In this document: piece by piece, positions 27,841 to 41,033 of the stretch
Numbering within the stretch: position 1 is the first letter of the stretch
How the letters are laid out: every line of letters begins with the position of its first letter
Source of the DNA: Proteromonas lacertae
Taxonomy: Eukaryota
Length of the DNA: 55,378 nucleotides
Direction of reading: 5' to 3'
Assembly: GCA_002245135.1 (NCBI GenBank)
Contig: NGBS01000303.1
Location: forward strand, 124,001 to 179,378
Program-made: the position numbers and the translations under genes
Notes under the pieces: generated by a model
Databases searched by the model: none
Seen by the model: the letters and a program-made list of their open reading frames with translations, nothing else
Told to the model about the DNA's origin: nothing

Positions 27841-30800
27841 ATGACTCTAGTGGATGATGATATAATCGACCAAATTCATTTCTACATACCAAAACCATTC
27901 TATCAGAAAATCGAATTTTATGTTGTAGAATCAGTTGTTTTGGTATGTTTTATTGTATTTGGTTATGTTCAAGTATTTTATTCACTTCTGTCATTTGCAA
28001 TGTTCAATTTTATTGCTTTTATATTGTTAAGCAATCTTATGCCATACTTTGTTCAATTGAAGTTGTTACTCTTCTTTCAGAAATCAGATGTATGTTATTA
28101 GTATTGCATATTATAGTATAAAGGTTCAAAATTTGTATATGTGAAACCAAAGAAGAATTTTGGAAAAGCAGAATTAGTTCAATTACACAAGAATAAAATT
28201 GTATTATCTGATATATTATATATATATATATTAATAGATGACTTATTCCAAATCATCACAAACAATTGAATCTTACTTTTACCCACCAGCTTCGTATTTT
28301 CATTTTCAAGATTACTTATACTCTTCTGAAAGTCATTCATCTCCAGAATTCAAGAAAAAACAGACAATTGACAAATTAACACCAAAATCCTATCTCAATT
28401 GGAATGGTCATAATAATCAATCATTAGTATTCACTGAACACTTATATCAAACAAACCAAATCACTATACAAACGCCATCCTTATCATCATTAATAATTGA
28501 ACATACATTCGCTCCATTGTTTCTATTTCAGATAATATGTTTAATTTTTTGGTCATATGATGATTACGTGTTATATTCAATATTTATGTTTGGTACTTTG
28601 GTTTATTTAGAAGCAATATTAATATATAAACGATTAGATCACTATAAAAAACTAAAAATGTTGGTACAACCACCAAAAACAGTGTTTGTCTATAGAAATG
28701 TATAAATATATATATAACTTTATAATTTTTATATATAATATATTTAGAATTCATGGATTCAAATATTATCTTCTCATCTAATGATTGGTGATATAATGTT
28801 AATATCATCTAACGATAAGAATATATTATGTGATTCAATCATAATATCAGGTAATTGTGTTATTAATGAAGCATTATTAACAGGAGAAACTATTCCAAAA
28901 CAGAAACATCCAATAACTCAAATTAATAATAATAATAATAATAATATAATTGAAGAATCTCAAAATAGGAAATATTATTTATATTCTGGTACAAGTATTT
29001 TTGATATTAAACCAGAGACTAATATAGAAATACAACAACACCTATCATTATCACAACCTCCACCATATCCTGGTGTAATTGTAATAGTGATAAGAACAGG
29101 ATATTATACTTTAGAAGGTAATTTATTACACTCTATGGTTTATATGAATAAATCATTCAATCATCATACCAATAATGACTTATATAATTATATATTAATT
29201 TTGTTATTATTGTCATTTTTGTCTATTATTTATCTTTATATTTATTATTGGATTTATCCTAATGTGGATATTTCTAATATGAAGTTGTTTATTCATTCGA
29301 TTATGATTGTTACATCCACTGTTCCACCTGAATTACCAATGGAAATGACTTTGACAGTTACAGAAGCAATGGAAGACTTGAAAAATCATTGTATTTATAT
29401 ATAATATTATATATATATTATATAGTAATATTTTGTAATAATCCATTTACCATTCCTCTTTCAGGCAATTTGGATGTTTATTGTTTTGATAAAACTGGAA
29501 CATTAACATCCACAAAGGTATTAATCAAAGGAATTGTATATAATGAAATTGATGGAATTATATATAACAATAATGAGTTAAATGATGAAACACGAATGAT
29601 ATTAGCTGGTTGTATTGATTGTATATCAACAAAGAATAAAGTATATAATATATATATATTATATTATATATTATATTATTTCATAGATAACTGGTGATCC
29701 AATAGATGAAGCATTATTAGAATATATGTCATATACAATAAATAATAATAATTTAATAACCTCCATTAATAATCACAAGTATATAATAATAATTTAACTG
29801 TTTATATATATATTAATAGAGATGTAAAGATACAAAGACATTATATTTACCAGTTTTCATCCAATACAAAAAGATTATCAACAATAATATCCATTAATAA
29901 TACATATTAGTATATATTTATAAGTTATTTATTTTTATGATTATTAGTTTGGTTTGTAAAGGTTCACCTGAAATAATTTCAACCTTATGTAAATCATCAT
30001 TACCTACTTACTATAACTCAACCTATTTATATTATTGTAATAAAGGATATAGAGTATTAGCAATGGGATATAAGAAGTTAAATAATTACAATCCATCATT
30101 ATCACCTGATGATTATAGAAATGAATATGAGAATGATTTGATATTTAGTGGATTTATTATTATTGATAATGATATTAAAGCATCTTCTTATACATTATTT
30201 AAAACATTAATTTCTACTAATAATAGAGTATATTTATCATTATTATTATTATTTAGATTGTTGCTATTACAGGAGATGAATCATTAACTACTTTGACAGT
30301 TTGTCATAAATTACATTTAATTAATAAGTCAGAGAAGAATATATTGAGTATATATTATATTTATTATTATTTATTTGTGTGTAATAGTTTTGTATTGTGA
30401 GAATAATGAATTACATTGGAAATCTCCAGATAATTCCAAAATCATTTCATTCCAACCAAATCTGCTTCAAAACCTTCAAACTGAATATATTCTCTGTACA
30501 ACAGGTGATTGTATTACATATCTATTGAAAGATAATAAGAATATTGAATCATTGAAATTATTACTATTAAATTGTAATATTTACACAAGAACTACACCTT
30601 CTATGAAAGGTGAAATTGTTCATTATTTAAAGAAGAGTGGAAAAACAGTTTTAATGTGTGGAGATGGTAGTAATGATCTATCAGCAATTAAATATTCACA
30701 TATTGGAATATCCATATTAAATACTGAATATAAAGCTGATAATGATAGAGACTTAGAGAATAATGTGATTAATGCAAATTATAATAATGAAAAGAAGAAA

Positions 30801-31632
30801 GAAAGTTATGAATATGTTACAAGTTCATTATTATCTTCACCTTATACATTAGAATCAAGTAATATATCATTAAGTATATATTGTTGTTATTATTCAATAG
30901 TTTTATCATTATTGTATGTTGGTAGAAGTACTGTTGTAAAGATTCAAGAGATATATAAACTATTAGGAGTTTATTGTCTTGTTACTTTATATATCTTTTC
31001 AATATTTTATGTTAGAGGTATTAAATTGATTGATATTCAAACTACGTTTGTAGATTTGTTGTTATTGGTTTTGTATTATTATATAGCATTATCAAAAGTA
31101 TTTTTACATTTTTATTTATCTTTATGAATAGCCAAAAACAAGATTAACAACAGAAAAACCAATCTCAACATTCACTAATCAAATCACATTGATTAATTTC
31201 TGTGGACAAGTTGTTATTCATATTCTATTTCTAGAAACGTGTTATTTTTTCTCCATTTATCATGAAGAGTATATTGTTTCTATATTATTTTTATATAGAA
31301 AAGGAAATGAATCAGTATTTCTGTATTGGTTTGCTATTCAAGTTAATAATTTCTATATAAATTACACAGGAGAGCCATTTAATGAAAGAATAATGGATAA
31401 CAGAGGATTATTATTTTCAATTATTGGTTCATATGTTGTGATTGTGTTAATTTTATTTAATTTTTTCCCATTTTTATCAATCCTTTCATATGAACCTATT
31501 ACAGATAGTTTAGTTCAGTTATTTATTGTTTTGATGATGTTGTTAGATGTTGTTGTATGTATGTTGTGGAGAAGATATTGTGAAAATGGATTTATCAGTT
31601 TAAGTAAAGATTTAGTTAATAAGAGAAAGTAA
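27841..31632 (+). CDS. ATP13A1: P5A-type ATPase (Spf1/ATP13A1)
   Basis: Motifs APLFLFQ, EALLTGET, VPPELPME (P5A signature), CFDKTGTLT, KGSPE, TGD and MCGDGSND. Multi-intron frame traced. Confidence 0.9.
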
Positions 31633-31692
31633 TGTTTTTCTTTTTATGTTTGTTGAGAAAAGAAAGAAAAAAATAAAATAATTACATATAAA

Positions 31693-34143
31693 TTAATTGA
31701 TTTTAGTTTGACAATTATCTTTAACTGAAACTATTTCGTCTCCTTCTCTATATTTATAACTACTAAATCTACTATCACACATACATTTACCTGTGCTTGT
31801 ATTACAAATACCATGATTACTACATTCATAACATTTATCTCCTTCTGTTGCTTTTATTGGAGTAGTTGGATTAGTAATACCAGTTCCACTTAATTCCAAT
31901 GTATATCCACCTGCCGGTTTTCCATTATATGTTGTTGGTCCTCCATTCAATTCAGTTCCACAATACTATTGAATATTACGATTAAAAATATACATATCTA
32001 AATTCTATTTTTATTGTAGTTGAAGAATCACATACATTTCCACTTAAAAGATTTCCATCCTTTGTAAATATAAATGGTCTAATTAGTATATTAACAATAA
32101 AATATACTTTCTCAATCCAGCTTTCATTAAAGCATCTGTAAATTTATCAACAGTGTATGAACTTTCAACTGTCTCTTCTCTCATATATTTTATTTTTATT
32201 GCATTTGTTGGAGGATTATTACATGTGAATGTAATTGATGGATATTTTATTGGACCTTCTGTTGATATTAGTCCATAATTACATAATCCTAAATAACATT
32301 AATTAATTATAATATATATATACTATCACGACAAGTAGGACCAGTATAACCAGCATTACATTTACAATTATAAATACTCTCCATATCCCATTTACCATCA
32401 TTACTATTCAACACACATTGACCATTGTTATTACAAACAGTTGATTCATAATTCTCAGATGGACAATCAACTAATAAATAATAATAATATATATATATAT
32501 ATACATTGATTACAAGCTCCTCCAATGTAACCTGGTATACAATTACATTCATTATTACTACAAATACCTTTACCACCACATATCTCAGGTTGATGATTTA
32601 AACTAAATAAAGATGTAGTTGCAGAGCTTAATTCACATGAAGCTATTTATGTTATATAATATATTATTTATATACATTCACCACAATCATAACCATCATA
32701 ATCATCTGAACATTGACAATAAGGATATTGAGTAAAATCTTTATTACTATCTGAATCTGAAGGATGAGCTAATCTTATGCCATTATTACATGTCTTTTTA
32801 CCAATTTCACTTGCTACTTTACTGTATTTTCCACCTTTTAATCTACAATTATAAACTAAATCTTCTTTGTTATAATCACCAGTTGCTTTGCCATAATCAT
32901 AATTATATTCATAATTATCTCCTACATATCCTTGATTGATATTAGATGGTTTTGCTGCCTCTATACATTTACATATTCCATTACTTTGACATTTACCCAA
33001 TCCACTACATTCCATATATATCTTACTACTGTCAGCTTCTACATAACAACCTGTAGTTTTACCATCCACAAACAGAGAATTTGAAATAAGGAACATTAGT
33101 AAGCGGAGGTGCTGGTGATGGTGTTGGTGGTGTAACATAATCACTATCAGAAGGATCAACTTTACCTTTTTCAATAAGTGTAAATTTCATTATTTACCCT
33201 TTCTTTTCTATATCCTAATACTCTTGCATAAGGATCTACTACAAACCTTATTACTAATATATCATCATTAGGAGTAGTATCTTTCTTCAAATCACTAACT
33301 CTATTCTTATTTATATCATCACCACCATCATCTTTATTATAAAAATACACTTTCACATCTCTAACAATTCCATTCTGTTTAATCATATCACGAATATCAC
33401 TTCTTGTCATATAACCCTTTAATTTAAATATTTCATATCTACAATAATTATTATCTTTCTCTTTACAATTAATAATCATAAACTCTAAATCAGAAAAATG
33501 AATCTCCAAATTTAATGAATGATGTTGAATCCCATTTATCTCTACCTGCTACAGCACCATATGGACATTCACGTTCAGTACAGGAAGGTCCTTTAAATCC
33601 TGGATCACATAAACAACCAAATATTCTATCAGCATCCCAATCAGTGTAATTGATCATTATATTATAGAGATTAAATGATAGGAGTAATAGGAGAAGGAGA
33701 AGGAGTAGTAGGAGTAGGAGTAGGAGCAGTTAGTTTACTCACATCAACGAACTTTTTATGATAATTTCTCATGCTTAAACACCTACCATGATTATCACAC
33801 ACATTACGACTTCTTGTATTTAAACATTCACTTCTTTCACACGATTTTCCTGTATAACCATATAAACACTCACATATTCCTTCATCTTTATTACATATTC
33901 CTCTATTTGAGCATTCTACATATTCTGTGTGATTTCCATCCCAACTTAAACCTGTTGGACAACTCTCTATTTAAATAAATGTATTTTATTTATACTTAAT
34001 GAACAGTCATATCCAATGAATGGAGCCACACACTCACACTCATCTTTACTATTACAGATGCCATTTCTATTACAATCATTTGGACATGATATAACTACAT
34101 ATAATGATGACAATAAAATGAATATAGTGTTTATGTATCGCAT
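31693..34143 (-). CDS. Secreted EGF-repeat protein of the stramenopile mastigoneme/Sig1/tenascin-like type, with two tandem units; contains apparent frameshifts
   Basis: Signal peptide MRYINTIFILLSSLYVVIS. Motifs CPTGLSWD...ECSNRGIC, HGRCLSMR, WDADRIFGCLCDPGF...CPYG, a second WDMESIYNCKC, and a terminal ECSNHGICNTSTGKC. Frame breaks near 33675, 33495, 33190 and 33065. Confidence 0.75.
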
Positions 34144-34281
34144 ATAGGTTGAGATAATAAAAAATATAAAATATGTTGGATCAAACAATAATCAAACCTA
34201 CATCAATATTCTTTTTCTTTTTTCTCCTCTATATATCCAATTCAAACCATTTAAATTTAATAAAAATTTTAAAAATAATAA

Positions 34282-37138
34282 TTAATCTGTCATAATACGA
34301 GAAAAACTAACATATTTATCTACGTCACCAACTTTAACTAAATACAAACCATCTCCAATATATTCACTCACTTTACCACTCTCATTCTCATACGGACAAG
34401 CACTAAACTCAATCTGACTACCAAATTTATAAATCGATCTCAATGCATAATTAGGTATATAGGAATACTTCTCACCACAACTGGTTACTGTGTATCTCTT
34501 AGTATTCTTATCATATTCACAAATATTACCTTCAATCCATCTATCTTTATTAATATGAAATTCTACTTTTTCTTTCATATTAAACGCCTTTTTATAAGAT
34601 GGATTTGTTTTATAATATTTACTGAAATTCTTATCCAAAAACACTCTTTTATTCGTCTTACCAACAGTTGTAGAAGAAAAGAACTCCTTTGGAGAACCGC
34701 AGAATATATACTCAGGATCTACAGCTTCATATAGACAACCAGTATTAATATCAATTATTTTATAAGTCCTTTCATTTTTCTTCTTTTCTAATACTCTACA
34801 ACAACTCCACCATTTGAATACTCCAATGTATTTATAATAATAAACTAAATCACCACTTAAATAACTTCGTTTATCATCATAAAATAGTGTATAGTAAATA
34901 GCGAAGTAAATACTACAGGGTATATACATTATATAAAACATTGGGACATCAAAGAGGTAATATAACAACCAATAAAATAACGGATATGTTTTAATAATTC
35001 CTTTTTTAAATGATAATAATATGAATATGAAGAATGATGAGATTCTTTCAGTTAATAATGTGAAATAGGAAGGACCAGTCTCAGTTTCTTCATCATTATC
35101 ATTTTCTTCTTCATTTTCATTGATATTGTTATTGTTGTTAACATTACTCTTTATTTCAATTAATTCCTCCTTCCTTCTTCTTCTTCCTCTTCTTCATCAT
35201 CACTTTCTTCACTCTCCTCCTCTTCTTCTTCTTCTTCAGCTTCATCATCATCATTATTATTATCATTTTCTTCTTCATTATTATTATTAAAGTGTTTAAC
35301 TTTAGATAAGTTTATCTCTTCAATATCTTCATCTTCATCATCATCATTATTTTCACTATCATCATAATCACTACTACTGTTGCTGTTAGAATTACTGTTA
35401 TTTTTACCTTTTCCTTTACCTTTCTTCTCTTTACGTAATACAATAAGTGATGCTAATGGAACATTCTTCTATTCATAATAATAATAATTATTATTATATA
35501 CAGTAAATTTATATCCTAAAGTTGGTAATAATTGTTCATACAAAACATACACATGATCATAATTCTTGGAGGTATAATTCTGTAATATTTCAAATTGTTC
35601 TTCTACTTCTTGATATTGTATGCATTTACTGTATAATGTGTTATCTGTTAAATATTTCTCACATTCAGCTGATACTTTTCTGTAAAAGTCATTATAATAG
35701 TTGTTCATTAATATATTAATCTCTGATAATCTGTCTGATACATCATTGTATGTCTTTTCCTTCTTCTTATTACTTAACCAATCTGAAATGGCTCGACGAG
35801 GCTTGAAGTAATTCTGAGAAATTTCTGGAAATAATCGGTTATTGTTCAATACATCACCAAATGAATCACTATTTTTATATAAATAAATAATCTATGTTTA
35901 TACACTTTATTTTTCAATTCTTTCAATCTTATAATCTAATTCGTTATTTATCTTTACCACTTCTTCATCAACATTCTGTTGTATTTCCACCAACTTCTCA
36001 TATGTCTTATCCAATATTGGTAAGGATGATTCATACAAACATGTTTGCTTCGATATATTCGTTATAATTTCAAATCTCTTCTTCATCTCTGAGTTTGGTA
36101 TATCACTAAACTTCTTCTCTAAATAACTACTAATTGAATCTATTTGATTTTGTTTATGCATCATCTGCTTTAAGTGTAGTACAGATTTGTTGGAAATAAG
36201 GCCATTTTCTAGTTAATCTATTATAATATTCAATTGAATGAATTGTCTTTGATTCTTTCATTAAATAATTGATTAATGGGAATGATTGTTTTCTCATTAA
36301 TGGGTGTTTCTAAGTCGACTTTTACTTCTACTAATCGTTCTGGAGGTTTGGGAAGAGATTGAAGCTCAAATTGAATAGTATTTCTAACAATAAAAAATAA
36401 AATACTAATTATACATTGATTCCTGCATGAATTTAATGTGTTTATGATATTCTTCATTCTCTTCTTCTAATCGACTAATTTGAGCATCATATTCTTGTAG
36501 GCGATCCACTATTTCGTTGGGATATCTGTAACATCCATTCAACATGTAATCTTCATTCCCATCTATTGTTAATTTTAATACAGGGTCGATGTAGAAATGC
36601 TTCTTCTTCAGTAGTTGATGATATTTTTGACTAGATTATTGATAATTAGAATAGTGTATACTGTAAAAGATCGAATTTTGTTACTATTGCCTATTAGTAT
36701 GAGATAGTAATTATGAATATACTATTGCATTGTTTAAATAAGTTCTGTGTGTGTATAATTCTCTCAATGATGCTGTCAATGCTTCATTGGACCTTAGAAA
36801 TTTCTGCATGCATGTTATCTCCTCTTCAAAACGACTTTTAAGTGGTGAATTTAGGTTCAAATAGGTTACACTAAAAATAGAAAAATCGAAAATACCAAAA
36901 AGACTCACACTCTTCGATAACTCTACTTTCCTCGTTTATACCATACTAATATTAATCAATATAACATATCTATAAATACCATTGAAGGTGAAATTATAGA
37001 GTCGCTAGACAGTGGTGATTTTGTTTCTTGTGAAGAAGTGTCATTATAGCTGTCGTCGTATGTTGATGTTTTCACGACTTTCTTCACAACACCTCTTGAA
37101 TGGGATGAAAAAGAATGAGAATTCTGCTTGAGTGACAT
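34282..37138 (-). CDS. Coiled-coil + acidic tract + hydrophobic segment + three Tudor/SH3-like barrels; contains apparent frameshifts
   Basis: ATG 37138; introns traced; frame breaks at ~36256, ~36170, ~35921 and ~35172. C-terminal repeats: YLSGDLVYY...W...RV...TYKI, FNMKEKVEF...WIEGNI...RYTV, YKFGSQIEF...GKV...LYLV. Confidence 0.55.
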
Positions 37139-37455
37139 TAGTTCGGCTTGACAAAATTTTAATTCATTTTCCTTTTTATTCGATTAGATAAACACTTCCT
37201 CGCCTTATCAATTATTATTTTTAAGAAAATGGTTGTTATGCTATATATCAGCATTACATAATAATTGATCTATAGAAGATTTATTTTTTCTTTACTTTTA
37301 TTAATATATCATAGCTGTATTCTGTAATTTGTATAAAGTAGTTTAATAAAACACTTTAAATGCTTTTAAGAGCTATGTCGATTAGAATTATTTCTATCTC
37401 ACAATGAAAAAATACTCATAAAATATTTTAAAATATGTTAATAATCACTATCAAT

Positions 37456-38256
37456 TTATTGAGACTCATTACTATTACCTCTTAAATATTTATCAAGTTG
37501 TCTACCTGTTTTACCCATTATATTCATAGCTCCTTCATATATATTGCTCATAAATGTGGTTATTTGATCTTTACTAGGTATATAATCTTTCAATGTGGAT
37601 TCATTAAAATACGCAGAAATCTGTTCAGCGGAGGGTATATATTTATTATACGTCTGCTCTGAGAAGAATTTCTGAATGTCTTCAACACTCGGAATATAAC
37701 CTTTGTTTCTTGCATCAACGAAAAACTGTTGTATTTGTTCCAATGAAGGTAAATTGTTGAAAAAATATTTAATATCATCTAAAGAAGGAATATGTGCATT
37801 AGCTGTAGCATTTGACCAATATTCTTGGATCTTTTCAATTGAGGGTAAATTGTTATATTTCAAAAAATTATCTATATCATCATGTGAAGGTAAGGAATTT
37901 GTGAAATTTGCAAAGAATTGCTGAATTTGTTCTTGGCTAATTGAACTTTGAGAAGATAAAGAAGCTAAGTATTGTTGAAATTCTGCTATCTTTTTATCAT
38001 AATCGTCTTTTGTTGCTGTTTTTAAGAATTCTGCTAGATCTGATACCTTTTGAACAGCATCTACTCCAATCTTTTTAGCAACTTCTATTGGCTCATTGTA
38101 TCCTCCATTATTGTCTTTATTGGAAATCTGTTGAATTTCTCCTTTGATACTAGCTGCGAACATGTAGTTTAGGTCTAAACTGTAATTGAGTTATTATATA
38201 CAAACAAAAGCACCTAAAAACATAATACAGAACAATAATTGACAACAGCAACTCAT
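37456..38256 (-). CDS. Signal-anchored/secreted protein with 8 amphipathic PSxEDIxxFF-type repeats (paralog A)
   Basis: N-terminal exon MSCCCQLLFCIMFLGAFV, one phase-1 intron, then repeats such as LPSHDDIDNFL, IPSLDDIKYFF and IPSVEDIQKFF. Confidence 0.75.
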
Positions 38257-38567
38257 GAACTTGACTAATTAAATTGAATTAAGTCAGAAAATTAAAATTA
38301 AAAAAAGTCAAACTCAAGCTTTTTCCTTACTTTCAACTGAATTTATGGCTGGATGTCAATGATCTTAAACGGTGAAATTATATCTTTTCATGTATTTTTT
38401 AAATGATTTCAATCATATAACGATATAATATATGATAAAACTTAATTCAAAAATGTAAATTTTGTCATTTTATGAGGCATTTTATTCAAATATGATTAAA
38501 AACACATAGTAACTATATAATCATTGCCAAAAAAATAATGACTTTTAAATTTTGTATAAATTTTAAC

Positions 38568-39383
38568 TTAGAGTCTTCTTCCATTAGTATTATCATTGTT
38601 AAACAAATCTTTAATCATACTCGCTGTATCTGTAAAGAAACTCTTCACTGTTTCATAACTAGGGATGTAATCTGATATAGAAATGTTACTAATAAAACTT
38701 TCTATTTGTTCAGTAGAAGGTATATAATCCAACCACTTTGAGTTTTCGAAAAAGTCTCTAACATCTTCCGGTTTAGGTATATATCCTTTCTCTGACGCAT
38801 CTTTGAAAAACGTCTCTAGATCCTGAATAAATGTCGAATTAAAAAAATCTTGAACATCCGTAAAAGAAGGCAGTGCTTGATAAAGTGATGAGTTTGTTAC
38901 AAAGTCTTGAATATCTTGGATTGATGGCAAATGTGCATCTTTTAAGAAATTCTCAACATCTTCTGCAGAAGGTAGAATTCCAGTTATATTTTCAAAGAAT
39001 TGTTGAATATCTTCAGATGATGGAACATAACCGTCGAGAGTGATGTTTTGAATATATGTTTGAAATTCTGTGATTTTATCTTTGAACTCATCCGATGTTA
39101 GGTTTTTCAAATATTCCCCGATAGTGTTAATACCTTCACCAGCATGTTCAACTGCTTCTTCGGCGAAGTTGTTTAGTTTTTCTTCAAATTTTGGTGGTTC
39201 TTTATTATCTCCACTACCTCTCAATGTTGATGCTTCTCCGTTCCAATGGAATATTTTGGCTGGATCATCTACCACACTAACGTCTATTTAAGTTAGTAAG
39301 AATAAAAGAAGATAAAAATATATACAAGCTAATATCATCAGCACCATGACACCAATATAAATATAAGAAGACTTAACAATCAT
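38568..39383 (-). CDS. Signal-anchored/secreted protein with 8 amphipathic PSxEDIxxFF-type repeats (paralog B)
   Basis: N-terminal exon MIVKSSYIYIGVMVLMILA, with the intron in the same phase and position as in paralog A. Aligns with paralog A repeat by repeat. Confidence 0.75.
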
Positions 39384-39791
39384 TTCTTCACTACTATAAT
39401 AGGGAAAACAAGAAATAAATGTTTAGAAAACTTGGCTTGATGTTTTCAATTTCAAAATTTCTCAACTGACTTGAAAGTGAATACTGAAGAATTCTATAGT
39501 CATATTTCAGAAATTTTCATTATTTTATGTTTTTCCATTAACATTGCAATATTACTATCACAAATCTTATGAAGGAAAAAAAAAAAACGAAATCATGAAA
39601 GAAAAACACATAATACTAACGTCTAGTATTGCTATATTATAATCCATATTCTAGAGATTTCACTTTAAAAAGTGTAAATTACAGTCACATTTTGATTTCT
39701 TTCAATTTCTGAGAATGTTTCACTGAAAATTTATCAGATTGTATTGTATTTAACCACATTATTTCTGAAATTATTACACTTTTACCATACT

Positions 39792-40987
39792 CTATGAAAT
39801 GATACATGATTTACAGAAATTAAGAATAAAATCTTTATCTTCAATCAAAAAATAGGATATATAGCTAATAAACTCATAAAGATACTTCCACAATGATTCA
39901 TGAAGTGGATATCTCAATATTAATTCATGAATAACAATTAATTCTCTATCACACAAATATTGATATTCTTCTTCTCCTCCTTTAACAATGTGATTATTGA
40001 AATACAATTCAAATAGTTTCTATTCATTAATAATATCAATATTATTATAATTATATACTAATCTATAATACATAGCTGAATAATCAGATATATTCATTCT
40101 AATCCATTTCTCATTTTCTATTAATTCATCTTCAACATATGATATTGCATTTTGTATTAGATATAATCTGTATTTCCACCCATAATAACAACGTTTATGT
40201 ATTTCACAACAACGAGATAAGAATTTTCTCTCTTGATTGAATAATGATTCTTTTGTTAATGTTTTATTTGGCTATAATATTGAAATGATATTATTGAGAT
40301 ATACAGTTTCATATTGTTTATATTCCATTGTATTAAATTCATAATTATATGTGATATGTGTTGGCTTATAATAATATTTATCATTTATTTGATTTGTCAT
40401 TTGAAATACAATTGCTAATTTACGAAAAATATATTATAAAACATACTATTGGAATGTTTAAAATATAGTTTTGTGAAATGATCTTTTGGAATTTGTTGTG
40501 ATGGTAGTAATGGTAACAGTTGACGATAAACCCAATCACGATGTGACCAACTCATTTGGGTTTTTGGAAAAGAAAAAAATATCAAATTCAAAACTTTCAA
40601 CTCTTCTATCATTAAAGCAATATTTGACTGAATTAATAATTTTCTGATATTCCAAATTGTATAATTTTCAGGAAATAGCATCACACATGCTTTTAGAACA
40701 AATAATTTTTCTTTATTATCAGTGACCTAACAGATATTGATTAAAATATACTGTTTCAATAGATTTTAGTCGTTCTTTGCATTCTATTATTCTATGAAGG
40801 TTATATATAACTAATCAACCAATACAATTTAGAATGAACTTTTTTGTTTATGGCAAGTTTATGATCTGAAAGTATAAAAGGTTCATCACATTCCATATAA
40901 ATAATAGCGTATTCATCTCTATTGATAATACTATTATTTATACATTTCCGTATCTCTGTTAAGAGTTTCAAGTAATAATTCAAACAT
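39792..40987 (-). CDS. PTAR1: Protein prenyltransferase alpha-subunit repeat protein (GGTase-III alpha)
   Basis: Motifs DEYAII...HKLAI, PENYTIWNIRK, PKTQMSWSHRDW, HKRCYYGWKYR, WIRMNISDYSA, RYPLHESLWKY. The 3' end is uncertain and may extend to about 39686. Confidence 0.8.
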
Positions 40988-41033
40988 TTCAAAATTCTAT
41001 TCGTTTCAATTATATTTCAGATTGATTTTCTTC

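Noticed and set aside
33075..33174. His-rich peptide LHHQHHHQH as a metal-binding motif
   Set aside because: More likely an off-frame reading of the Pro/Thr-rich segment VTPPTPSPAPP; it would need an atypical AAG acceptor to be real.
33660..33730. (ACTCCT/TCTCCT)n tract as a phase-variation switch
   Set aside because: The units are 3 or 6 nt, so slippage would not change frame; it encodes a Pro/Thr/Ser linker.
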